48,627 nucleotides of DNA from Chiloscyllium plagiosum (GCF_004010195.1 NC_057711.1:81605366-81653992); one strand, 5' to 3'; shown: positions 13,573 through 25,929, counted from the first letter of the stretch. The notes: generated from the letters alone by a model not told the origin. Program-made: numbers and translations.

Positions 13573-14439
13573 TTTTGAATGTGCACACTTATTGTTGATG
13601 AAATGCTACATTTAGTGTTATTCTTCATTTGATAGCCAAGTCAAAGCTGCTATTTTAACTCTGTACCATGATTGCCATTTGGAAGTTTATTAGGCAAACG
13701 TTTTTGAGACATGGAAAGTAAGATACAATGTGCTGCATACTTTGCTATCCTAAAGATAAGAACAGTTTGTTCCAATTAGTTATTTCTTTTAAGTCTTTTT
13801 GTAATCACTTAGTTATATTACTACAAGTAGCTTTTAATTAATATTCAGCAACATAATTATAGATGTAGATTCTGAAGTGCTATAGAAAGATATATATTAA
13901 TCAATAAAATATTAGAAAGGTTTAAATTAGTTATAAAGGGGCCTTCCTTGTCTGTCATTGTTGAGAGATAAGAGGTCACAAGCAATCATGGAAAGTTCGG
14001 TTTCCCACATACTAAAAGGGGCCATTCAGGTCATAGTAACAAGATTACAAATTGAATGAACCTAATCTTAGTTGAACAATCCAGCATTAATTAACAAATA
14101 GTATACATGAGGAGGAAGTGTGCCGCCATGTTAACATTACAAGAAAATTGTATAAAAGACAATTTAATTGAAGTTGAAATCAGAGTATCTTTGACTTTTG
14201 TTCCAATCTGAGCTGCAGATTAAAAGGGTAATTAAACCCTCTCGTAAAGACCAGATCGGGGGAAGTCTTTGCCCTCTCCTTGTATTACACCAGTGGAATA
14301 CTTGAATAAATTTGCCACATGCCTCAAGCTCTGCTGTCTCCTGAGCTTATCTCTGGAAAGATTTACTCCTATGCTGACCATCAGTCTACTCTCAAACATC
14401 AGGCAAGTGATAGAAGTAGTTGTCAAAATACAAGCAAGC

Positions 14440-16190
14440 AGCAATAGCAATCACCTGTTCCTTGAGGCACAGCTTAGATTTCACCAGTGCCACTCAGCTC
14501 CTGGCATCATTGCAGATCCAAGCATGGACAAAAGAGCTTAACTCCAGAGCAGAGATGAGATTGACTGCCTTTAACATTAAAGGTAGTGTTGACTGAGTTT
14601 GGAATCATGATGTCCTAACAAAACTGAAGTCAATGGGATTCAGGGAAACAATCTCCACTGGTTAGTCATACCTGGCAAACAAGATGGTTTGTGGCTGTTG
14701 GAAGACAATCAAGACGTTGGTGGTGGGCAAGTTGTTGGAGGGAATCCTGACGGACAGGATTTATATTTGGAAAGGCAAGGACTGATTAGGGATAGTCAAC
14801 ATGGCTTTATGCATGGGAAATCATGTCTAACTTAATTGAGTTTATTGAAAAAGTAATAAAGAGGACTGATGAGGGCAGAGCAGTGGACATAATCGAAATG
14901 GACTTCAGCAAGGTATTCGATGAGGTTCCCCAAGGTATATTGGTTGGCAAGGTTAGATCTCATGGAATATAGGGACAACTAGCCATTTGGATACAGAACT
15001 GGCTCAAAACTGGCTGACAGAGGGTGGTGTGGAGGGTTGCTTTTCAGACTGGAGGCCTGTGACCAGCAGTGTGCCACAAGGATTGGTGCTGGGTCCACTG
15101 TTTTTCGTCATTTAAGTAAATAATTTGAATGTGAATGTAGAGGGGTGGTTAATAAGTTTGTAGGTGACACAAAAATTGGAGGTACAGGTGACAGCAAGAA
15201 AGGTTACCTCCAAGTGACGGGATCTTGGTCAGATGGGCCAACAGGCCAAGGAGTGGCATATGGAGCTTATTTAGATAAATGTGAGGTGCTGTATTTTGGA
15301 AAGGCAAATCAGGGCAGAACTTATACACTTAATGGTAGGGTCCTAGGGAATGTTGCTGAACAAAGAAACATTGGAGTGCAGGCTCATAGTTCCTTGAAAA
15401 TGGAGTCGCAGGTAGACAGGATAGTAAAGAATATGTTTGGTATGCTTCCCTTTCTTTGGCAGAGCATTGAGTTTATGAGTTGGGAGATCATGTTGCAGCT
15501 GTACAGAACATCGGTTAGACCACTTTTAATATACTGCATGCAAATGTGGTCTCCCTGCTATCGGAACTTTGATGCAAAACTTGAAAGAATTCAGAAAAAA
15601 AATTATAAGGATGTTGCCAGGGTTGGACGGTTTGAGCTATAGGGAGAGGCTGAATAGGCTGGGCTATTTTCCCTGGAGCATTGGAGGCTGAGGGGTGACC
15701 TGATTGAGGTTTCTACAATCACAAATGTGTAGCCAAGGTCATTTCCTGAGGAGGTGGGGGGGGGGGGGGAGTTGGAGGGGTAGAGTCTAAAAATAGATGG
15801 CACAGGTTTACTGCAATAGAGGAAAGATTTAAAAGGGACCTAAGGGGCAGTTGTTTTTCACACAGAGTGGTGCTTGTATGGAATAAGCTGCCAGAGGAAG
15901 TGGTGGAGGCTGGTACAACTACAACATTCATCTAGATGGGTATAAGAAGAGGAAGGGTTTGGGGGGATATGGGCAAAATGCTGGCAAATGGGACTAGATT
16001 AATTTAGGATATCTGGTTGACATGGATGAGTTGGACCAAAAGGGTCTGTTTCCACACTGTACAGCTCTATGACTCTATCTCTGCCTCAGGACATCTCTGC
16101 AGTAGTTCTTCAGTGTTGTGGCCTACGCCCACCAATCACCAGCTGCTTCATCAATAGCTTTCCCTCCATCACATAGGTCCAAATTAGGAA
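14440..16190 (+). mobile_element. CR1 LINE 3' portion (~14715-16080) nested in an older LINE relic of the 9549-12150 family
   Basis: QHGF, MDFSK.FD, VPQG.VLGP, KFVGDTKIGG, LYRT.VRPLL.YC.Q.WSP and tail ctctatgactctat. The flanks 14440-14712 and 16082-16190 are collinear with ~10915-11290. Confidence 0.85.
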
Positions 16191-16194
16191 TGTC

Positions 16195-16450
16195 CCATCC
16201 ATCCGCTCAACCCTCCTCTCTGACCTATCACCATCTCCCCTTTCATCTACCTATTGCATTCTCAGCTACCTTACCCCACACCCCCTTCCCATTTATCTGT
16301 CAGCACCCCCAGCCAACAAGCCTCATTCCTGATGAAGAGCTTATGTCCGAAACGTCAATTCTCCTGCTCCTCGGATACTGCCTGAGCTGCTGTGCTTTTC
16401 CAGCACCATGCTCTCTAATCTCTGGCATTTGCAGTCCTCACTTACTCCTT
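16195..16450 (+). mobile_element. Penelope-like element 3'/pLTR fragment with degenerate hammerhead core
   Basis: cctgatgaagagcttatgtccgaaacgtcaattctcctgctcctcggat.ctgcctg..ctgctgtgcttttccagc, the same terminus as other copies in the window. Confidence 0.75.
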
Positions 16451-17204
16451 TCAATGGCACGATCATAGCTGATTTGGCAGTTCATGCTGCAAGTACTCAA
16501 GTTCATGATGGTGAGAAAGAACAATTGATTGGAAGTGGAGATGGTAAGGAAGCTGCCATGGGTCACATTGCCTGTCAGCCTCTCCTTTCTACTCCTGCCA
16601 AATCCAGTTTGCTGTAGTTTTTGGCTCCTTACCACAGCATACTATTTACTAACTTCCACCTAAACAGGAGAGAAGCACAAACAGACAATATAATAAAAAG
16701 CAGAAAGGGAGAGGTAAGAGAAAAAGCGACATCATGACATCAAAAACAGGCAACAAATGCCACAATCTTCTCTGTGGAATGCACAGGAGCCTGATCCACT
16801 ACTTTTAAGAAGGAAACTACTTTGGATTCACAATACATAATAAAATGGAATGCACCATTTAATATATTTCACTAACATTACAGAATACCTATATATCCTT
16901 CCACTTCAATCACATAAAAATAATTTAATTACATTTCTAGATGCTGTGTAAAGACTGCTTTTACCTTAATCTTGTTTTTTTTAAAAAATAAATACATTTA
17001 TGGAGGTAACAGGAGATAAAACATTATAAAGCAGCATTATTTCTCGGAAACATCCTTTAAATTTGAAATGTAAATATGACCACTATATACAAATAATTAA
17101 GGAGACTAATACACTTTTGTTTCAGACAGCCATCTTGTTGGCTGACGCTTCGGCAACACTGAGGAAAAATGAAATAAGTGAAGTACAAACACAACTAACT
17201 GGAT

Positions 17205-17210
17205 TTTATT
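17205..17210 (-). promoter_or_regulatory. Candidate polyadenylation signal (AATAAA) of RASEF
   Basis: Plus-strand tttatt about 185 nt downstream of the stop codon. Other signals further downstream could be used instead. Confidence 0.4.
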
Positions 17211-17392
17211 TAAATTTCTCATTTCATCGTGCTCTTTCACCAGTCTTTTAATTTGCTCAATCCTTCATATTTTGACTTCTTCATCACTGTAATCTCCACC
17301 ATTCAGTATTTTCTAAGGCACTAAACAATGTGTTGATCATAAGATGTATGCAAAAATGCAGAACAGGTCAATTCAATGATCATTCTTCATAA

Positions 17393-17501
17393 TTATGTAG
17401 TACAGCAATTTTTCATGGCCAACTTTTTGTTCAAGTGTGTGCTGGACAAACTAGTTACAGAATCCTCGTCTGTTTCTTCATCCAGTCTTTTCCTCACTTC
17501 C
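17393..17501 (-). CDS. RASEF: RASEF terminal coding exon with C-terminal CCxx prenylation motif
   Basis: ttccacag|G GAA ... ACA TAA. (R)EVRKRLDEETDEDSVTSLSSTHLNKKLAMKNCCTT*; phase matches the previous exon; MKNCC ending resembles remembered vertebrate RASEF. Confidence 0.94.
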
Positions 17502-18671
17502 CTGTGGAATGGAATCAACAGTCAATGTAAACAAAAGGGCAGATATATCAAATATAGTTAAAGTTATAATAATACTAACTTACAGTGAAAAGGCATGGAC
17601 TGAAGTTTGGAATTATTGTGCATTATAAGGAGAAGGAAAATCTTCTATTGGTTTCAATGATAATTAAGAATTTGGAACTCTGGCACAATACCACAGTAAC
17701 CAAAAAGATATGATATCTTTGTTTTGTATCTAATTATGGTACACTTAAATTATCAGTGACTAATGTTTAGTCTGAGTGCCTAAAAGGGAAGAGCATTCCT
17801 GTCCACAACACAAATATCTTTTGCCTTTATAAGCACAGAAGAAAATCATTTGGATAGATAGCCAATTGACAAACAACTACCACTGTCATTTAACTATTAT
17901 TCAGAAATGTGATATAATCAAGAAGAACAGAAAAGTCTTAAATCATAACTGCAAGAAATGTTTTCACTCAATGTGCAACTTGGTGAAATTTAGATCATGG
18001 TCAGAAGATCTAATATGGCAGTGTTAAAATAAAAGCATTTGCAAAGTTAGCTTCTGATACTGTTAGCAATTCATGGACAAGGCCATCAGAAAGTCTCAAT
18101 TTCAATCATGTGTTAGCTAGCGCAGCAAGAGAAATATTACAATTAACTTCAGCAGCCTTGAATCAATGAAAAAGCAAACATAAGTTCTTGATGCTGAATA
18201 CTTTCAAGAAGCCCCTATCAGAAAATCCAGGCCAGTTGATATTGAGTGAAAATGCTGAGCTTAATGATGCTTTAATGGTCGAGAGCTTGTCAATACTCTT
18301 GCATATAAACTGAGCCAAGAATGAATTAGAGGAGGCAGTGGCATAGTGATAATGTCATTGGATTAGGAATGTGGAATCCAGACTAATGGTCTGAGGCCAC
18401 AGACCCAGACATTATAGCATGGAAGGAGATCATTTGGCTCATCATGCCTGTATCAGTCAAAAACATAACTACACTCATCCCATTTTCCAGCTTTTGGCCC
18501 ATAACCCAGGAGGTTATGGCAACACAAGTAAATATTTATATACTGCTTAAATGTTCCAGAAGTTTTAGACTCAACTACCCCTACAGAATTCCAGACTCCC
18601 ATCACACTCTGGTGGAAAAATTCTCCTCTTGCATTCTACCACTTCACCTAAATCTATGCTCACTCATTATT

Positions 18672-18805
18672 GGTAAAAACAATGACTGCAGGTGCTGGAA
18701 ACCAGATTCTGGATCAGTGGTGCTGGAAGAGCACAGCAATTCAGGCAGCATCCGAGGACAGGCAAAATCGACGTTTCGGGCAAAAGCCCTTCATCAGGAA
18801 TAAAA
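18672..18805 (-). mobile_element. Penelope-like pLTR fragment
   Basis: gtggtgctggaagagcacagc..tcaggcagcatccgagg..atcgacgtttcgggcaaaagcccttcatcagg; shared with 16195-16450, 19780-19905, 42160-42430 and 47011-47190. Confidence 0.8.
18768..18799 (-). ncRNA. Minimal type-I hammerhead ribozyme-like core
   Basis: Minus strand: CUGAUGA-A-GGGC-UUUU-GCCC-GAAA-C-GUC. Intact catalytic boxes, 4-bp stem II, palindromic ACGU in place of stem III; stem I only about 2 bp. Confidence 0.55.
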
Positions 18806-19436
18806 GTTGACTCACCACTAATGGAAAAAAGATGACACAACTGGGATGAATTCCATTTCCCACTGCTCTGCACAGCTGACCAGCCCAGTGATATCTCCAG
18901 CAGTTTATGCTATCCTTCTCACTATTTACCAATTATTGTCACATCTGCAAACTTCTTGATCATATCTGTACATTTATGTCCAAATCATTAATGTATACAA
19001 CACACTGCAAGGGCCCCAGCATGGAGTCTTGCTGAACCCCACTAAAAACAGACTTCCAGTCACAGAAATTGTTCTACCATCATCCTCTGCTTCCTACATG
19101 TCAATTTTGGATCCAGTGCGCTACTTTGCCTTGAATTCATGGGGTCCTACTTTTTTGACCAGCCTGTCATCAGGGACTTATCAAAAGCCTTACTAAAGTA
19201 CATGTAAACCAACACCAAATGCATTACCCTCATTAAAACTCACTGCTATCATTGTAAACAAAATCAAATTCATCAAACACCCTTAATAGATTCATGCTGA
19301 CTATCCCTGATTAACTTGTCCCTCCAGGTGCAGACAGAATTCTGAGGGACAGAATATTTCTAATGATTTCCCCCACCACTGAACCTAGACTGACTGATCT
19401 GTAAGTTCTTACTCTTCTCTTCCACTCTTGTCTAAT

Positions 19437-20229
19437 AATGCACTGATTGGTAGAGTAAAGGAAAATCCAAAGGGTTGATTTCAATATATGAAGTGTGACA
19501 AAATAAATAGGCAAAGAATCAGGCCCATTAGGTAGCCTGGGTGTGGATCTGGAAGATGTGAGTATAGTTCTTGATGAGCACTTTATATGGGTATTCACAA
19601 TTGAAAAGGATGACACATCTATACACATCCGTGTGAAGCATTGTGAAATATGTTAAGGCCCTCACGGGTTTAGTGGCTTTAAAAATGAATACAAGCACAG
19701 CTATAAATGGCAGTTCTCCATCCTCCAGCACCATACCGTGACCAGAAAAAATTTGAACGTTACAGCCTAGGTTCTTGATTCTGGGGTTTAGATCATAGTG
19801 GTGCTGGAAAAGCACAGCATCCAAGGAGCAGGAAAATTGACGTTTTGGGCAAAAGCCCTTCATCAGGAATAGAGCAGGAAGCCTCCAGGATGGAGAGATA
19901 AAATATACGTCCTCCCTTGCTTCCCTCAATTGCCTGGAAACATCTCATTTATAGCTGTGCTTGTATTCATTTTTAAAGCCACTAAACCCGTGAGGGCCTT
20001 AACATATTTCACAATGCTTCACACGGATGTGTATAGATGTGTCATCCTTTTCAATTGTGAATACCCATATAAAGTGCTCATCAAGAACTATACTCACATC
20101 TTCCAGATCCACACCCAGGCTACCTTTATGAATCCTAATGGGCCTGATTCTTTGCCTATTTATTTTGTCACACTTCATATATTGAAATCAACCCTTTGGA
20201 TTTTCCTTTACTTTACCAATCAGTGCATT
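19437..20229. repeat. Near-perfect inverted duplication (arms 19437-19709 and 19946-20229)
   Basis: The arms are reverse complements apart from one 11-nt indel and one substitution that I could see. The same peptide FIAVLVFIFKATKPVRAL... appears in ORFs on both strands. Confidence 0.97.
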
Positions 20230-20857
20230 CTTATGCATTCTCTTAGCTTTCTAACTTCCCTTTTCAAGTTACCCCTGCCATATTGAGCCCTTTGTATCTA
20301 CCATAAGATAATTTTTTTTCCCCTCCAATCCCAACCTTTGACATCCAGGGTTTTCTGGTCTTGCTTACACCCTTTGTCTTTATACAAACATCTTTGCTCT
20401 CTGTACTCTTACCATTCCTTTCTTGAATGCCTCCCACTGCTCTGACACAGTTTATCTGCACGTAGCTGCTCCCAGTGAACATTTACCAATCACATCTTTA
20501 CCTTATCCTTTCCCTAATTTGGAACTTTTATTCATATCCCATCCTTACCTTTTTCCAGAATGATCCTAAATATAACTGAGTGATGGTCACAACCACCATA
20601 GTGTCCTCCTGCTGATACAATGTACATCTGGCAAGCTCATTTCTGAATATTAGGTTCAAACCTGCTCACCTCTCTGGTTCGGCTTTCCACATTTCAGCTA
20701 CAAAAGGTTCACCTGATGCATTTAAGATTTTTGTTCCCTCCTACCTTGTACATTAGAACTATCCCTGCTAATATTTGGGGAGTTAAAATCCCTTACTATT
20801 ACTCCCTACAGTACACATCAAACAACATGCTTGCCCGTTTTTGTTTTTGTTACTTAA

Positions 20858-21440
20858 AGTCATAGAGATGTACAGCATGGAAACAGATTCTTCGGACCAA
20901 CCTGTCTACGCCGGCCAGATATCCCAACCCAATCTAGTCCCACCTGCCAGCACCCAGCCCATATCCCTCCAAACCCTTCCTATTCATATACCCATCCAAA
21001 TGCCTCTTAAATGTTGCAATTGTACCAGCCTCCACCAATTTCTCTGGCAGCTCATTCCATACACGTACCACCCTCTGCGTGAAAAAGTTGCCCCTTATGT
21101 CTCTTTTATATCTTTCCCCTCTCACCCTAAACCTATGTCCTCTAGTTCTGGACTCCCCACCCCAGGGAAAAGACTTTGACTATTTATCCTATTCATGCCT
21201 CTCATAATTTTGTAAACCTCTATAAGGTCACCCCTCAGCCTCTGACGCTCCAGGGAAAACTGCCATAGCCTGTTCAGCCTCTCGCTGTAGCTCAAATCCT
21301 CCATCCCTGGCAACATCCTTGTAAATCTTTTCTGAACCTTTTCAAGTTTCACAACATCTTTCCGATAGGAAGGAGACCAGAATTGCATGCAATATTCCAA
21401 CAGTTGCCTAACCAATGTCCTGTACAGCCGCAACATGACC
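20858..21440 (-). mobile_element. CR1 LINE 3' fragment (younger)
   Basis: MLRLYRTLVRQLLEYCMQFWSPSYRKDVVKLEKVQKRFTRMLPG; RGNFFTQRVVRVWNELP; tail ctctatgac. Confidence 0.92.
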
Positions 21441-21783
21441 TGATCTTGCCAAGAAATCATCCTTCCTCACTTGTACAATTGATTCTTTGATCAATGGTAT
21501 GACTGCCACTACCTTTCATCCCAATCCTCCTGTCAAGACCCCAATCTCCTGACAAACCATCCCAACAGCGTTAGCAACTTCCCCATGAGGATATTGGGCC
21601 TGTTCCTGTTCAGATTTAACCCATCCATCTGGTACAGATTCCCCCTCCGCAAAAACCAATTCCACTGATTGGTTGTGAACCATGAGTCATGGACAAGTTA
21701 GCCTGGCTGCACCAAAACTATGGGGAACTGGGCAAGTCCAACCTCACAATGGTATCAGCCAGGCTTTCTAATTGCATGCTTAT

Positions 21784-22830
21784 CATAGAACATAGAATAT
21801 AGAAAAATACAGCGCAGTACAGGCCCTTTGTCCCTCGATGTTGAGCCGATCCAAGCCCACCTAACCTACACTAGCCCACTATCCTCCATATGCCTATCCA
21901 ATGCCCGTTTAATTGCCCATAAAGAGGGAGAGTCCACCACTGCTACTGGCAGGGCATTCCATGAACTCATGACTTGCTGAGTAAAGAATCTACCCCTAAC
22001 ATCTGTCCTATACCTACCACCCCTTAATTTAAAGCTATGCCCCCTCGTAATAGCTGACTCCATACGTGGAAGAAGATTCTCACTGTCGACCCTATCTAAA
22101 CCCCTAATCATCTTGTACACCTTTATCAAGTCACCCCTAAACCTTCTTTTCTCTAGTGTAAACAGCCCCAAGTGCCTCAGTCTTTCCTCATACGATTTTT
22201 CTTCCATACCAGGCAACATCCTGGTAAACCTCCTCTGCACCCGTTCCAGTGCCTCCACATCCTTCCTATAGTATGGCGACCAAAACTGCACACAATATTC
22301 CAGATGCGGCCGTACCAGAGTCTTATACAACTGCATCATGACCTCAGGACTCCGGAACTCAATTCCTCTACCAATAAAAGCCAGTACACCATATGCCTTC
22401 ATTACCGCACTATTTACCTGGGTGGCAACTTTCAGGGATCTGTGTACATGGACACCAAGATCCCTCTGCTCATCCACACTACCAAGTATCTGACCATTAG
22501 CCCAGTACCCCATCTTTTTGTTACTCTTACCAAAGTGAATCACCTCACACTTACCTACATTGAACTCCATTTGCTACTTTTCTGCCCAGCTCTGCAGCTT
22601 ATCTATATCCCGCTGTAACCTGACACATCCTTCCTCACTGTCAACAACTCCACCGACTTTCGTATCATCCGCAAACTTGCTCACCCAACCTTCTAGCCCC
22701 TCCTCCAGGTCATTTATAAAAATGACAAACAGCAATGGTTCCAAAACAGACCCTTGTGGAACACCGCTAGTAACTGCACTCCAAGATGAACCTTTACCAT
22801 CAACTACTACCCTCTGTCTTCTTCCAGCCT
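21784..22830 (-). mobile_element. Young 5'-truncated CR1 LINE (RT C-terminal half)
   Basis: [18 protein letters not shown], then a 234-aa ORF. Single in-frame TAG at 22574-22576; (ttctatg)n-type tail at ~21784-21803. Confidence 0.95.
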
Positions 22831-24771
22831 GCTTCTTCATGCACTGCTGAACATTATGCTATTGAGTCTTGACTGCAGTTTTTAAATGGCCTTGGAGTCA
22901 TTTTAACAGAATGAAAATCTATGCCTAAATTATACCTACCTCACAAATCAAACGATCTTTCTTCAAAAAAAAAGCTGCCCCCAATGGAAAATTGCTGAGC
23001 AAAGGACTCTTTAAATAAAAATGTTCTGTTATTATTACTAGAAATATTTTCTGTCTCTCTCTTTCTTTCATCCATGTACATTTTGGGCCTGAACAGCTCT
23101 GAGAATATACAAAAATTTGCAAACCTGCCCAAAAGTAAATGAACTGGAATAATACTAAATTGTTTTTTAGTAATAGCAAAATTCAATCTCTATCTCATTC
23201 ACCCAAGCAATCTACACATATTCAGAAAAATAGAGATGCATAGAATTCTTCAATACAATGGGATACAAGATGGTCATTCTTATATACAATTTATCTGATG
23301 CAGAAATAACAAAAAATCATTCTCTGCTTTTTCACATCAATTATTCGGAACATTTAACATTAAAAATATCTCTATATAACAAAAGATACAAATAATCAGA
23401 AAACAGCAGAGGAAATCGCTATTCAGAGTTGAGCGTGAAGAAGCAGGTAGCACAAAGGAGTATTGTTTTATATTCATGCTCAATTATGCTGGAGTTCAAT
23501 TTCTGCCATGACTATATTGGAACACAATGAGTATAAACCAAGCAGCTTCCTAAAAGGCTGATGAAAAAAGTGCAGGATGAATTGCTCAAGATTATTCTTG
23601 TAAACCACCTACCAAATACAGATAGAACAGTCATCTGTCCAGCCCCTTTTTCAACACATTCAATGTAAAATAGAAATAGCAAAAATATCTTAACATAAAA
23701 GTGAGGACCAGTAAGTTGAAGAATATGTATTTGAGATTATGCCCAGAGTAACACGATCCTTATATGACGTCAAATTTCTCAGATCCCTGTTAAATCATAG
23801 CAAGACATGAAATGATTTCATCATATCTTCATGTTGACAAGACTCGCAGTGTCCATATGGTAAATAGCAATTTTTTTTAGATATTGATATTGCACTCAAC
23901 AAATAACAGCCATGTTACAGCTGGATGATACCCACCTGGATTATAATAACGTTCTATGCAAACCAAAGTTTAAAATGCAGGACAACGGTTCAACTTATGA
24001 AAGAAATTTGCACATTTTACATTCCTCTCATCATTCACTGAAGGAGTTTGTTATAAACTCACATAGCTACTACATGTTATTTCAAACCATTTTTCAATTA
24101 ATTATTTTGAAATATTAGTTGAAAACCCATTGAGGTATGTATAGTTTTGCAATTTGCTTGCCAGATAAGTAAGGATCCCCACTGGTGTTATAGTGTGAAG
24201 TATAATGTTTACAGCAGTATAGAACCCAGAATCACAGTGCAGTATTTTTGGTAACAGGAAATAAATATATTATTCTTATTTTGAATTCCCTGTAACTGTT
24301 CATAAGTGGTGAGGGTAGGAAAGTCAATTATCACTGCTTCCTCTCAGACGTGACTACATTAGCTTTGTTTGTCTCTGCTCAGCCTCCCAATCCAATCCTA
24401 CTTGTTGACTTGTAACTTTAGTCCCTAACATATTTACATCCACATTGGCCTTAACTAATGAGATACCAAAGAGAAATTTACATTTGGCCAATTAAAACTA
24501 TCCCAGTAAATCCGTATCATTTTTTTTTGCTCAAGTACATCCAGGCCAAATACTTTAGGTCTCTTTTTAAATCACTCTCAATAGAAATATAATGTAAAAT
24601 TCTCCCTTTGCCACCTGAGCCAAAAAACAAACAGCTCATTAGCCAGGGACATTAGTCAGAGTTTGGATGCACCATTATCTACACATTCTATCAAAGTGCC
24701 TTTGACCTTTTCCTCGAAATACTGGATGTTTCCAGTGGCCTGCTGAGCTGGATAATAAAACCAATACTTAC

Positions 24772-24848
24772 CGAGCAAGGTGAAGCACTGCTTCAATAAT
24801 ATTTGAGCCATCTTTGGCACTTGTTTCACAAAATAGCGCATTGTATGT
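24772..24848 (-). CDS. RASEF: RASEF exon: G5 (ETSAK)
   Basis: ttcttacag|ACA ... CG|gtaagt, 77 nt. [25 protein letters not shown](R). Confidence 0.96.
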
Positions 24849-25809
24849 CTGTAAGAAAACAAAAAAATGAAAAAGACTCACTCTTATATTTAGTAACCTT
24901 AATGAAAACATTATAATAACAAATAACAAATAAATCACAACTTTTGACTTTACACACCCACTCTCCAAATTTAAAACAAAAATATTCTTACTGTCTCAGC
25001 TAATTGCTTGGTAATACAACACTCAAACATTGCTAGGAAAAGAGACAAAATTCAAATGTTTTTTGCCTTGTACTCCTCAGGGCTGACATGTGAAACCAAA
25101 CTTTGAAAGGGAACCATAATTCAGAACACTTCCAAAGAGACTGCTAATTATTTGAAATGGAAATACAGGTTGTTCTGCTAATGATCAATTTTAGCACGCT
25201 GATTAAACTCAGTGAGGGCACTGCCATGGGGAAGGTAGCTTCCATAATCCTTTCTCAATGAAAAAGATGCAGAATATGCATAAAGTCCTTTTGTTACACA
25301 GAAGATGGTCCTGTTTGTTAATATTTGTAGTTTCTAATTCACAGAAATAAGTCCGTTATAACCTTAAACTGGTTTCTGATGTCATTCTTATCACAGTCTA
25401 GATATCTGGTAAAATGCAGTCCAATTGCAGAATGAAATCTAGTGTTAGAGCCTAAGCTTTGAGTTTTGCAAGCACAGGTTAGACGAGCACAGTCAGCAAG
25501 CTCCCCACCACATTCAGTCAAAGGGATATGTTGTCTGCCTGTCTTGAAGTATACAGCTTATGTATCTAGCATAACACTGACACTAAAACTCAGAAAGCAC
25601 ATTACTGGTTTGTGTAGTAGGCAGAATGTCTTTTTGGCTTGATGACAGTAAACTTGTTAGTGGAGAATAATACCACTCATGTGTCTACTGCAAAGTAACA
25701 TCTGGCTTCACCTGTTGTTCAAACATTTTGAGATGTCTTCCCCATCCCTTTCAAAGTTTGGTTTCTTGCATTCCAGTGCTAATGATTGATTCAGTTCTTT
25801 GATTCTCAC

Positions 25810-25929
25810 CATGGCCAGTTTCTCCCCATAGCTTGTGGGGACTGATTTCTGTATTTCTTGAGATGCTCTGTTTCTTAGATCTGCCTTGTTCCCCACCAAC
25901 ATAATAGGAATATTCTCATTGGTTGAATC
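25810..25929 (-). CDS. RASEF: RASEF exon: G4 (NKxD)
   Basis: tttaaag|GAT ... ATG|gtgaga, 120 nt. DSTNENIPIMLVGNKADLRNRASQEIQKSVPTSYGEKLAM. Confidence 0.96.

Larger units (their letters stand above)
18405..21670 (-). mobile_element. Old, fragmented CR1 LINE in the last RASEF intron, interrupted by Penelope fragments, an inverted duplication and a younger CR1
   Basis: Minus-strand relics: tail at ~18410, KFADV and MYFSKAFDKS (~18940-19205), YRSVSL.SVVGE (~19365-19405), LREARE (~19910-19930), endonuclease-like GDFNSPNI (~20770-20795). Confidence 0.75.

Noticed and set aside
14230..14430. Possible LF-SINE or other ancient conserved repeat
   Set aside because: Resemblance too weak to support without an HMM search.
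15752..15781. Poly-G run as a functional G-quadruplex
   Set aside because: A homopolymer expansion inside a dead CR1; no other support.
19930..20286. Same peptide encoded on both strands as a sense/antisense gene pair
   Set aside because: A by-product of the inverted duplication; the peptide is antisense to CR1 ORF2 and has no coding hallmarks.
21866..22570. 234-aa ORF as a host or domesticated gene
   Set aside because: It is CR1 ORF2 C-terminus, 5'-truncated, with a LINE tail.
24768..24968. ORF ending VLHLAR* as a non-prenylated RASEF isoform
   Set aside because: The stop is simply the GTAA of a consensus donor (CG|gtaagt); nothing supports intron retention.
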